From contig NMRA01000001.1 of assembly GCA_002633005.1 (NCBI GenBank), forward strand, positions 963,755 to 1,027,754: a stretch of 64,000 nt of DNA, given 5' to 3'. This DNA comes from Phoronis australis. Its lineage: Eukaryota; Animalia; Phoronida. Of this stretch, positions 1 to 12,482 are shown in pieces. A model generated the notes under the pieces. That model did not search any database. It saw only the letters and a program-made list of their open reading frames with translations, and was not told where the DNA came from. Within the stretch, counting starts at the first letter, position 1, and every line of letters starts with the position of its first letter. Position numbers and translations under genes: made by a program.

Positions 1-399
1 CCGGTCAAGTGTTACAGACAGATCGGGCAAAAGTGACAATTTAATAAAATGAAAAATAAGTGTCGGAGAGCAAATTAAGGCAATTCACACTCTAAACAAA
101 ATCACACCTGTTTGGAACCTTTATGCCGCATTCAATAGTAGACCTGATTGTCTGCCGCCTACGTTTAACAAATACTTGCAATCTGTCGTTTGTTTGCGCG
201 AGGTTTGTCATTCGAAATACATCTGCGTAATTGGCGCGCATTTATTTCATTGGTTGCAATTTGGTACTTCCGCGAATGTGTGGAGGGGATTTATCGTTTT
301 TGACAGTTAGCGGTCGAATGAAGTCGTTTGAAGCATTTGGTGACATTGTGCATTTAGACTGTTGCCTAGAAATTAGATATTTGGGGTAGGCCAGGTTTG

Positions 400-950
400 G
401 CGGCAGTTTTGAGGTAAGCGTTACAAGTAGGTTCAGCGAATCTAGTTTGTGTGTGTTCATGAACATGTTGGGAATGAGAAATAAAAGTCCTCCAGTTGCG
501 CTAAACTTTCTTCAAAATGACGACCCCTTGTAGCGTTGTTACATTGCTGTTCAGCGACCGAGGAATCTGCTGCGATTTCAGGTAGCCCTCGAACAATCCG
601 GAATTGTGCAAAATCGTATTGCGGGATGGTAGCATTTTTAGAGCACTCTTGTAGAATCTGTTGGAAATTTTCTTTCCGAATCCAGTGTCAACTCGTGTCG
701 AGCATTGGCAGGAAAGTATTGATTTGGGACTGAAAACTGTCAATGTTGCGTTTCTGCCACCCTTTTTCGGAACCTCGCTTGGTTTTCGGTGGGCGTGAAA
801 GGACCATAAAACCGAATGAAGTTTCTGTGGTCCTGTGTCGCGGTTTTGATGTGAAATGACTCGCAACCTTTCACATTGTTCATGGAGTTTTCGACAGAGT
901 GGAAGAAAAACTGCAAGTCCAGTGACGTGTGCAATGCCAAGCAAAGTCCA
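400..950 (-). mobile_element. Decayed transposase-like remnant (possibly hAT), dispersed repeat copy 1
   Basis: Translation IAHVTGLAVFLPLCRKLHEQ matches CAHITGIVAFLPLC*KLHEQ at ~37097 (+). The nucleotide match continues (gaaatcgcagc...ttttgaag). A degenerate LDT(R/S)W-like motif is present. Boundaries approximate. Confidence 0.45.
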
Positions 951-1027
951 CTGACTATACTGTGACTCCTTTACTTCGTAATCCTCATCTTACTTAGATC
1001 CGGTCAAATTATTAATGTAACCGGTTA

Positions 1028-1195
1028 CAGGGGCGGATCCAGGATTTTCAGAGTTGGGGGGGGGGGGGTGGAGCATGACATCGTATTAGCCAGGATTTTG
1101 CCCGTCAGACATTCGCACTCTTGAACTGCCAAATGGAATCTGGGAGAATTTTGGGGGGGCATGGTCCCCTTGGCCCCTCTCTAAATCCGCCACTG
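1028..1195 (+). mobile_element. Non-autonomous CAG...CTG MITE, family A, 5-bp TSD GGTTA
   Basis: Termini CAGGGGCGGATC / AATCCGCCACTG; GGTTA at 1023-1027 and 1196-1200; homologous copies at 17445, 46175 and ~52938. Confidence 0.85.
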
Positions 1196-2334
1196 GGTTA
1201 TTTGTTGACGAAAAAAGCATGGGCATCAAATGCGACCATTTTAGCTTTTGATAATTTCTTCTGCCCCCTTCCTCTTGCAATGGCTTTGCAGCGGACTGTG
1301 ATTCACCAAGTACGGCACTGAATACTTTAACATGGTTATTTAACATTAGTTAACCTCGTACGCTTTATTCACATTTTTATGTAGATATTTAAGGCCCATG
1401 TAAAAACGTGGAGGTAGCGTGACAAAAACATAATAGAGACTAGTGGACAATGACCAGATAAAGCAACAGAGATGACAATATTCTTGATTGCAAAGAAAAT
1501 CAAGCTGGAGTAATCACACGAAATGGAACAGTATTGAGTGTAATTAACTCTGTGTAATTGTAATTTGATTCGGTTATGAAGAGTCGGGTGCTATGAATAA
1601 GCAACAATATAAGAACAGCATAAAACAGCGTTTTAAAATTGATTGAGTACCGACCTAGCCTTTTCCTTACATCTTTTAAGTCCTGTCTGCGATCTTCGAA
1701 TTTTGGATCATTGTCTAGGCACTGCAATTACTAGTATGTGATAGCCGGTGATGAAGTCGAATGCAAAAAACCGGAGACAGCTACCATCCCTTCCACAGTC
1801 ACCATGCACCGCGTATACCGACTGAACTCGTCTGAAGCGCAACAAGTTGATCGGGTCAAAACATACATAAATATGTATAAATATCGTGTTCCACTACAGC
1901 ACCCAGCCACTAAGTCTACCGACTATACCTCCCTGTTGTTTTTTTAGTGTTTAATCTCTCGCTGATGCGAGAAAAGCTGCTCAGTTCGCCAAGCCATGTA
2001 CAACAATTGTGTCATGCAAACAAACATCTCAATGACTGTTCAGCGTCGTGAAATTTCTCATTGTCGATGTACTGGCAATCACTCCGTGAGAAACATATCG
2101 GCCAGGTGTTCGACCAATGGGACAACTACATTAACACCTGTTCGCAGTAAACACTTCCCACAAGTGGACACAATGCCGCTTTACAGCACCTAGAGGCAAT
2201 ATTATATCACGGAGTAAGATGAGGTTGGCACGCGCCACTCGTCAACGCGATTTCGGTAAAAAGGCTTGGCGTTGTCTATGTTATTATAGACACTCTAAAA
2301 AATGCGGCAGTACCATTATGTATTAAAACTGCAT

Positions 2335-2615
2335 TTCACCTTGTTCAGCGGGCTAAAAACGAAAATCAAATTAGCTGTTTTATCCTAGTTAAATTTGTCT
2401 CATAATAATCGTTACCGTCATAGGAATCTATTTTCGTTACTCGCACGCAATGCGTACATTTTCGAATTGGTAATTATTCTGAAGCGCTTTCCTGAGTCCC
2501 TGGTAGTTTCTATTCTTGTTGGTAACGGAAATAGAATTCACTAAAAATCCTTATGAGACCGATTTTATGAGAATGAAAGACTTAATTCGATTTTTAGCCA
2601 GCTAAACAGGGCGAA
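2335..2615. mobile_element. Putative MITE with imperfect ~30-bp terminal inverted repeats
   Basis: ttcaccttgttcagcgggctaaaaacgaa is an imperfect reverse complement of ttcgatttttagccagctaaacagggcgaa. Confidence 0.5.
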
Positions 2616-2811
2616 GTTCAATACAATGCAACACCAAATTTTGTTTAAGCGGTCGAATACATTGCCCTCATACTTGATTCATTGTCATCACGGAATAAAT
2701 CAATTAAAATTGCCGCATCGATTGTCATAGACTTTAAAATTAAAATTGCAAAGCCCTGTTGCGAAGGTTTGAATTAGCAAAATTATTAAATAATAACATA
2801 ATATAATTTTC

Positions 2812-2851
2812 CACACACACGCACAAACACACACACACACACACACACGCA

Positions 2852-2886
<35 letters not shown>

Positions 2887-2958
2887 GCGCGCACGTACAC
2901 ACACACACACACTCACACTCACACACGCGCGAGCGCGCACACGGGCGCGCGCACGTGC
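2812..2958. repeat. Compound (CA)n/(CG)n microsatellite
   Basis: Directly visible alternating purine-pyrimidine tract. Confidence 0.95.
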
Positions 2959-5800
2959 CCAAAATATATTACTTTTACTACAAAGTGCACAGTTACCGAG
3001 TCTCTTTCCCATGATTTCAGACAAATATTCACAAAACAAACTTTGGCAAACCAGTTTAGGCAAACCTCTTTTCAAATTACTAGTCTTCTCTTTCAACCTT
3101 TTTACTCAAAATAAACTGACAAGAATGTAGAAATTTAAGCTTTTTTTGTTTCTAATAATGGACCACAAATTGGCCATAGAATTTCAATAACACCGAAATT
3201 CTCTCACTTTAAACTAAAAATTTGATACTGTATATACGCTTGCCTATATCCGAAATAATGCGTTCCTTTTAAAGAAATAAAATACCCAATTTTTCCGCAT
3301 ATCAGCACATGCTCCTAAGTTTCATTAACAGACGCTGTCGTTGTATTTGTGCACACGTTAAAGATGTTATGTCGCATTAAACCATGAATATTTAAATTTG
3401 CAGCATGCGCCACCTTGTGACCTACTGGAAAACTGTGTGTACAAGTGTAATCAGGAAAAGAAACAACTACTTGTAAATAAATTGCGTTTTTAAAGAAAAC
3501 ACTATAATTGATGTAGAATAGTGTGAACCCTAGTAATTGCAAATATTACGCAGTCGATATTTGGTAGTGACATACAAATAATAAAATTGTGTCTTTTTCA
3601 TTAGGGTAACAATGAACTATTACCATACTCATTTACATAAAAATAGTCTCGCAAAACGAGACTTTTACGAGAATGTAATGGTAACTGGCTCTCGGACGGT
3701 TTCCCGAGCACTCAGGGTTATTTGTAAATTAGTACTTCATTTGCATATCCACAATTTAATGAGACTATGCATCCTTGAACTAGGTGTTTTGGTGTGTCTT
3801 TTGTTCATTTTTCGTTGAACAGTACTCGATCCGTTGAGGATTATGTCGAATATTCATAATACGTCAGCCGTTTTGCACACAGGTTTTCAATACACACCCG
3901 GCCGCTATCAGAGTCCAATCCCGTGAACCAATTTTACGCGGGACAGTACTCGAAAATTGACCAATCGGGTGACTGCTTCAAGAGAACTTTGAATTTCAAG
4001 CTTTGTGATTGGTCAATCGTGTCTGTGAAAGGATTATGCACCATGGTTTGTCCTTAATTTATAGAACGAGGTAACAACAAATTAATTCATAGGCTGTGCC
4101 ACAATAAGTTCAGGACAAAGGTTCAAATCAAGGCATTGGCGCAGAATCCCACACTTTGAGGTCTGCGTGTCGATCTCACGGGGCCACTTTTCCTCATGAG
4201 ATGGCGCTGAGACATAGGTAGAGTTTGTCTAAAATCAATAAAATCCAAGTCTTTCATTAGAAGCTTTGTGGTGTATCGGCTTTCTGAGGCTGTAGCTCTC
4301 TTACGGAATTCTGATTCTATCCACCCGTGTCTCCAATAGATGGCGAGACATGCATTTCTGCAAGCCGCGCCGGTGACCCTATCGACATGGTCGTTCCGTT
4401 AGGAAGAATTGTCCAACAAGAAACGTGGCCATCCAGTAGCATGTCGTTCCATATGCACGCAGTATCTAAAAGTCATATGCAAGTAGAAATTAGTTTCAGC
4501 GATCACATAATTATTTAGGTAACTTGAAATCATAGTGGCGCATCAGGCGGGTATGAAGGAGATTGAACAGTTGTCCCTCAGATTTGGGCACAATAGCGAG
4601 CAAGCTACGAAAATGGTGAACAAATTTACAAACATTTCGGGCAAAACTATCATTCCACCCATACAACAAATTTCAAATACGCTAATTCATCAATTGCTAG
4701 ATGCATTTCCATCATGGCATTGTATATTTAATTTTGAAAACTCTTTGAATGAATACTTCTCGCAAAAACATATCAACGTTTCGTACACACACACCAAAAC
4801 AAACGTAAACTCATCAATGCATAACAACTGTGCACTTTCGTGACAGCTATATCTGACAGTTTGTACCGTCCCCTTTAGGTGACGGTAAATTATACACAAC
4901 TGTTGAGCTGTAATCGCTCTTTCACGGCATATTAACTAACCATTAGTTGACATGTATCGATTTGTCGCTGTACTAGATCAGCGCCTGTGGGGTTTTTAAT
5001 TAATGCGGCTATTATTTCTGCTTTACACGAGCCAGGCTATTAGATATGAAAACAGGAATTTCAAAGCTAATATTTGTCCAGTTCGCGTATTATATTTAAA
5101 CATTTGTAGTATCCTAGCATTGCAAGCGATATCGATTGCTCAGGAATTTCCGAGATTGATTTTTGCACGTGTAAACACCGCTGTACAGGCATGTCTATTA
5201 GTGATAATGGGACTCAAATTGAACAAAGTTGATTTATAAAAAGATATCGATCTTCTGTGGTCGCAATTAACTTTCTCCCTTTATCAAATATTTAACTTCA
5301 TTCACACTGAGGCTGCTCTGAACACCGAAGTTAATAAAAATCAAATAGCCTTCTGGTCATTGAATATGGTATTTGTTATTATAACAAATTGTTCAACGAC
5401 ATTCACCCTTATTTTGCTCGTCGATTTGCCAGGGTCTGCACGTCTCTCTTATTTTGGTTACGATAACACAACCTGTTACGGTACGAGCACCCATATTTTC
5501 ATAGAATTTCTCAGTGAACACGACGAGAGTGTATAACGCAATTCAATGCTCGTTTTCCACAACAGTAGCACAAAACTCATCCAATTCATGGCAGAACAGT
5601 GAAAGCTTTAATTGTGATCACAGAATTTTATAATAAATCATTTGTGAAATTAATGGTAATAATCACTTTTATGAAAAATATGGCGATAGCACGAGGGAAT
5701 GTCCATCTTGTAACAAGATCGACAAGATGTTCTCTAAAAGATCTGTCAATGAATTCTCTGGAAATATAATGAATAAAATATGTAGAGGGGCGGGGTGTGG

Positions 5801-5890
5801 NNNNNNNNNNNNNNNNNNNNNNNNNNNNNNNNNNNNNNNNNNNNNNNNNNNNNNNNNNNNNNNNNNNNNNNNNNNNNNNNNNNNNNNNNN
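5801..5890. other. Assembly gap (90 N) flanked by G-runs
   Basis: Run of n characters. Confidence 1.
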
Positions 5891-8800
5891 GTGGGGGGGG
5901 GGGGTGTGGGGGGGGGGGTGTGGACTTACGATCACTTGAAACCACTCGGGATCCAGATTTTCTAAAGTTTAAGGACCCCAAGACTGAACGATGCGCATTT
6001 GTCGACAAACGTCTTGATCGGCGACCTAAGATTTTGTTGTGTGACTAAACCAAACAAGAACATAAGCTTCACGCCATACGGAAGACAAAAATTTAGGCTG
6101 TCTACACGACTTCATTTTCGTTTGAAAACACGCCTTTTTCTTTGGATCAAAACTGTGTTGTGGTTTTAGCCGCATGCAAAATATTGACATTACTGGCGCT
6201 GGGTACGTGACGGCGACCAATCTGAACACAATATGACCCCATTTCTCGTAATCTAATGGTGTAAACATTGATCTAGATAAACAAAGTAAGATTAACAAAT
6301 ATGTAAACGAAATTTTATTAAAATCTATGCGTTTCAGATTTTCTTGAGGCGTCGACGTAAGAACCAAAGGAGCGAAATTGATATTGACTTGCGCTTTCTC
6401 TTCCAGCGCTAGGCCTAAATTTCCTACAGATGCGATACGGCTTATTTTCGGGCCTGCAATTCTCCCACCACGAAAGCTGCCCCTTTAGTTACGTTTACAG
6501 GGGTTTTCAGAAAAATTGGGCTCAGGTGTGCCTCCTTGATGTTACAAAGTAACAAAGTAGACCCATTTCAATGTCCACGAATAATGAAAAAGTTACCTAT
6601 ATCAACATCAAAACTCTTATACGTCCATTTCAATATCTGGATAAACCCATTTCAAAGTTTATACATTATAATACCAATATTCCAAAACGAGACGAAACGA
6701 CGTCATTATTACACTATTGTCGTTGAGAACATGTTGCGATGTATCGGGTCAGTCATCATGTAAAAATCTATCTATAACCAGATACCTCGATAAAAAGTCG
6801 ACGCAATATCCGATTTGACAAAAATAGTTTCTAAAATAAATGGTTAAAAGCAGACCCATCTCGACACTACATCGACGAATACCATACCCATTTCGATACC
6901 AAAATAAGCTAAATCCCCACCCACTTCATTGTACCCACCCGTACTGTGGAAGAATCTTCAAGGAAAGCGCGGTACTGCAGCCTGTCACAGTTCACCATCG
7001 TTTTGCTTGGATGTAACAAGGCATTGAATCTTCCATTTCAGCTCACTGGTCTCCAACTGCAGCCTATTTCATCAAGAAAGATGTTACCCAGAGGCTCTCC
7101 TGATTACGGCGTCTGAATGAGGTGACTAATGGGTAACCCAGAAACGATCACGACGAAGCTGCATGGTCGACACTTCTTTTCTCAAAGTCCCACTGGCAGA
7201 TTTCTATAGAAGAAGGGTGTAAAGAGAAAACGCCATCCATGACCCTTGTGCGCAGTTACCACTTTCGGAGGGTACCATTTGACATTATGAAACTCCGTGG
7301 CCATGTTAAGAGAATGATGCCGGGCGCTGTTGGCAAGCTCCGAGGACACTGAGGAATATGTCGACGATTTGTTCTCCTTCCGAAAGTCCTCTGTGAGGAA
7401 CTTGATCCTGCAAGTAAGACAAGCAAGGTTTTCTTATACAACGCTGGTTATCATGTAGGGTAATTCCTTAGACATCGGATTGGAACAAATCAACAGCTAT
7501 GCATAACCAGAAGCTCATGCAGATCCAAAACTTACGAGTTACATCTACCACAGACCGAACGTTCTTTCCTACACGCAGAAGCTGGGCAAGTGGAAGAATG
7601 TTATGGACCAGCATTCTCGACCGGGTATTGGAAAGTTGAACCAAACATTTGGAACTAGTGCCATGTTAGCGAGTACCACACCATAATCAGACGGCATTCC
7701 TTCAACAGGACAGACATCCAACTATAATTTAAGAATTGTTGTGGAAAGGGCATCGACGATGCCAAGTTCTCTATCGCGTATGCCAACCTAAAACTGAAAT
7801 CCAGCGAGCGGCGGTACTTCATAAGTTGATATTTGGTGATAAAGCTCGCTGTTAAACGCTTCCAGTTTTTATCTCTACGGAACGAAATTCGTGGTGCAGA
7901 CTGCTTCAAGCCGTTGGTTTACGTTCAGTGCAGCAAGATTGAGAGCAACAGAGTTACGCGACGTGCAATGTCGCTGCAGATTTTTGAATTCCAGGTAGAA
8001 GAGTTGCCTGGAAGTCTAACGTCGGTGCAAACTACCCGAGTCGGCTAACACAGCCGAGCTAGGGGGGTCTTAGAAAAATACACAGATGAAGTAAAAGACC
8101 ATATTCATACCAGACGATTATGAGTAATTTTCTCTCTGATAGAGGTCTGTGTGTGACCAAGAATTGACTGATGTTGGTTTTAATTAGTCAACCGTTGTTT
8201 GTTCCACTTGTCTACTAGCGCTTAGCACTTGATTGATACGACCAACGTGAGCCCAGCCCAGGTTAATAATAATTGAGAACATTCTAGAAGGTTCCAGAAA
8301 TCATTAAAAATATAAAACTATAGTGCGTAACATTTTGGAACCCAATTACATGTTTGAAGAACGAGTGGGCAACGCCCAGTAAGTTCTAGATCGTGCTTGA
8401 ATTGGTGAAAAAAAACAGATTAAGGCAGAAACCAGTTCACGAGTCATTTAATGAGTAAACACTGCACCACTTATACAGTCATTAAGTTACTCAGTGAGAC
8501 AGATCAGCACTCAGCACACGAGGAAGGTTCGCAACGTTGGGTGAATTAAACCTTATGTTGGCCATGGGTTTCTGTACATTCGTTCGAGATTAATAAAGTG
8601 GTTTGAAACCAACCGGTCTTCAGTCTATTGTTGTACCGAAGACTATTAGCACCAGTTAGTGATGAGCTGTGCGTGTCTACAAGTACTCATCCACATGGTA
8701 TATAGTAGGCTTACGGCATCCTCTTAGTCAATCTACCAAATAATTCGCATGCATATAACTTTCACATGAACTGGGGTTTAACCGTTGCAAGCGTACTTGG

Positions 8801-9110
8801 AGTGAACTTCGAAATTACTTTTGACAGTTTTCTTTCCACTTTTGGGCTAAGTCAAAATCGGTATCTATTAGTCTGTGCTAGAACACATGATCATTGTTTA
8901 CGCAGACGTTTCTAGTTCTAGCACTCCGTCTAGATCTAAGCTACAAACTCTAGTGGAAACTCGTAATTTCAGGTTCAGACTAGAGCCTAAATGTTAAGAA
9001 CATCAGGAATAGACGTATACACGTAAGCCATCATGCACTCGAGTACAGATTAACAGGCACCGGCGTATCATGAGTTCCCACAAACGTAGACAAGAAAATG
9101 CTGATTTCGA

Positions 9111-11110
9111 GTACCCGGGCTCAGCAGATGATTGGGACGAATATATGTTGTGATGAGAATCTTACAATTATTCAATCATTTTGTTTGGCAAATCACCGTT
9201 CACGTCAAGTTAACATTCCCAGTCGAAACTGTTTGGGAAGAGTGAAAATCGGAGCTCGTGAGCTGACCCCTTTGGTAACGGTAGTGATCGCGCCTAGACG
9301 ACTGGACTATAATTCCTGACATGACCTGGAATGTGTTTTGGCACAACTGATTAAAAACACCGAGTAGGCCTACGTATTTTTTGATATTACATGGGCGAAT
9401 CACAAAGTAGTGCAACGTAGTAATCCATACGCCTTGCATTTTATCGTCTGAAAAACACTAAAAGAACCAAACGCGCGCCAGCCAAACAATGCTGAAATTC
9501 CTAGAAAGTGACAACGTTATGATTGACAAACCGGGTGTCGCAACTGTACGTACTCTCAGTCGGAAGCACATGCAAGCAACGAACATCTTAAACCAGACCC
9601 ATCTTCGGTGGCGAATTCCAGTTCCACATTCATTCAAACGGAGACGAACCCAGGTGAGACTGTCTGTGTCTCAAGGTCACATAGGCGGATTTAGGGGGAG
9701 GGGGGCCAGGGGCCCGCCCCCCCTTGACTGCCGCAAAAAAATAAAACAGCAAGAGCGTAGGGAAATGTAGAGTTTATTAATTAACCCCGGTAATTAAAAT
9801 TATACGGATGAAACAAGATTTAAATGCGTGCAGTTTTAGTGTTGGGGGATCCAATTTCAAGAGTCAAATTCGGAACACGCCGGGCTTATTCGTAACTGAA
9901 CTATGGCTAAGTATAGGCTCGGCCGCGATATCCCAGACGACCGCCAGTGGCGCTGCGCTCTACGACACCGTTTCCGTCGTCTGCTCCACTGTGCAATGAA
10001 GAAAATGTACTTCATTTTTTAAAGAAAATGGAACCGCGTGCCACTACGTGATACCTGCGTGCTGGCTGGGCTAAGCATGTAGGGAACCAGCGAGGCAATG
10101 GCACGCGCTTNTACCGGGGCTCAGCAGATGATTGGGACGAATATATGTTGTGATGAGAATCTTACAATTATTCAATCATTTTGTTTGGCAAATCACCATT
10201 CACGTCAAGTTAACATTCCCAGTCGAAACTGTTTGGGAAGAGTGAAAATCGGAGCTCGTGAGCTGACCCCTTTGGTAACGGTAGCGATCGCGCCTAGACG
10301 ACTGGATTATAATTCCTGACGTGACCTGGAATGTGTTTTGGCACAACTGATTAAAAACACCGAGTAGGCATACGTATTTATTGATATTACATGGGCGAAT
10401 CACAAAGTAGTGCAACGTAGTAATCCATACGCCTTGCATTTTATCGTCTGAAAAACACTAAAAGAACCAAACGCGCGCCAGCCAAACGATGCTGAAATTC
10501 CTAGAAAGTGACAACGTTATGATTGACAAACCGGGTGTCGCAACTGTACGTACTCTCAGTCGGAAGCACATGCAAGCAACGAACATCTTAAACCAGACCC
10601 ATCTTCGGTGGCGAATTCCAGTTCCACATTCATTCAAACGGAGACGAACCCAGGTGAGACTGTCTGTGTCTCAAGGTCACATAGGCAGATTTAGGGGGAG
10701 GGGGGCCAGGGGCCCGCCCCCCCCTTGACTGCCGCAAAAAATAAAACAGCAAGAGCGTAGGGAAATGTAGAGTTTATTAATTAACCCCGGTAATTAAAAT
10801 TATACGGATGAAACAAGATTTAAATGCGTGCAGTTTTAGTGTTGGGGGATCCAATTTCAAGAGTCAAATTCGGAATACGCCGGGCTTATTCGTAACTGAA
10901 CTATGGCTAAGTATAGGCTCGGCCGCGATATCCCAGACGACCGCCAGTGGCGCTGCGCTCTACGACTCCGTTTCCGTCGTCTGCTCCACTGTGCAATGAA
11001 GAAAATGTACTTCATTTTTTAAAGAAAATGGAACCGCGTGCCACTACGTGATACCTGCGTGCTGGCTGGGCTAAGCATGTAGGGAACCAGCGAGGCAATG
11101 GCACGCGCTT
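9111..11110 (+). repeat. ~1-kb near-identical tandem duplication joined at a single N (probable contig/haplotype overlap artefact)
   Basis: 9111-10110 repeats at 10112-11110 with only scattered substitutions; the junction is an N at 10111. Confidence 0.9.
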
Positions 11111-11762
11111 ATAGATTGTGAACGATTTTTAGCCTTGTCATGCAAGTGGCGTCGCAACGACTATTTCGTTTCTGCCTCAGTGATGTTTAATAGCCGGGTA
11201 AGTGCTTGAAGCACGCAGGCCTACATGTACAATAAACACATCATTACTAACTGGCCGATTTAACCAGTGTGTTGTTCATACTGTATGAATACAGGACATC
11301 GACAGTAGAAAGATGCACTCAGAAAAGGCACAACTACGATTTCTAGGTTTCACACTTCCTGAACATAAATCTTAAGCGCCGATTTGTCTGTAAAACAGAC
11401 CACTTTACACTTCACTGAGTCCATCAGCCATGCCAGTTTGCGTAAAGCGCTGCCTTTTGAGAATTCGACAAGCCAATTAGAAACGCCGGTGTAAAAAAAA
11501 ATTCCCGAGGAAAGTTAAGTGATACCTGCGTGCTGGCTACCGACCACCTAGCGGCACGCAGGGAACCAGCGAGACTTTACATTGCGCAAGACTCGGGATT
11601 TTGACGAAATTTCCAAGAGGTTTTGCCCATGTCATACAATCTGAGTTCGTGTAGGATTCTCTATTTACGAATTTCTCAAGAGTTTGCGTGTGAGTAGAAT
11701 TGTGAGTTATCACCAATTTCGGTATACTCACGCCCGTGGCTCCATTTAAAGACCACGTTCGT

Positions 11763-12390
11763 GGCAGAATGGTGAATGTTGGCCAATTCCCCTTTTGTCC
11801 ACTGACGTCACAAGCATACTGGCGCCCCCAGTGGAGGCCCTGAGAACTCGTAAACAAGCACGCTGGCGACTGTGGTTAAAGTATTTTTTATGATTTTTCC
11901 AGAGTCGCTATGTTTTAGTGTGTTTTTTAAATAATGTTGCATGTCATACCTCTCAGAAAATTAATATTGTTCCAATAAATTAAGAAAATTGGAATATTCA
12001 TTCTCGCGATCCTGCAACACCATCCAAATGTTCTTCTGTGTTACACACGGCAAAGCCAAAGTNTTAAACATAAATTTTTTTCCAATTTTGCTGAAACTTG
12101 GCCACGTTTTTAACAAAATACTTATCTATGTTATGTGCTATCGGCAAATGTGATTGATTCATAAACAAGACCCTCACGCTGTGTTTTCTGCGAATCCCAT
12201 GTATTCTGAAGGGGGCTAACTGAGTGATTTTCGCGCATGCGCAATTCACGGTTTCAATATTGCTGGTAATGTAGGCTGGATACTACCGGCTCGGTTTATT
12301 TACGAGTTCTCAGGGTCTCCACTGGGGGCGCCAGTATGCTTGTGACGTCAGTGGACAAAAGGGGAATTGGCCAACATTCACCATTCTGCC
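11763..12390. mobile_element. MITE with ~90-bp near-perfect terminal inverted repeats, ending 92 bp upstream of ADAM copy 1
   Basis: ggcagaatggtgaatgttggccaattcccc...gagaactcgtaaa (11763-~11854) is the near-exact reverse complement of ~12299-12390. An internal N at 12063 makes the true length uncertain. Confidence 0.8.
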
Positions 12391-12482
12391 GTATCGTGCG
12401 TACAGTGTCGTTTCTGGGTCACGTGCGTGTAGGTCGTGCAAGATGCTGCGTGCCAAGCTAAATTTGTGAAACTACAACGAGT

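Noticed and set aside
2700-3096. Cys-Val repeat ORFs
   Set aside because: Translations of a (CA)n microsatellite.
6940-8720. Possible decayed LTR-retrotransposon integrase/LTR remnant
   Set aside because: Coding-like composition and a purine run near 8060, but no unambiguous motif or paired LTR could be identified by eye.
9111-11110. 1-kb tandem duplication as a real segmental duplication
   Set aside because: The junction is a single N and the copies differ only at allele-like sites; most likely an unmerged contig or haplotype overlap.
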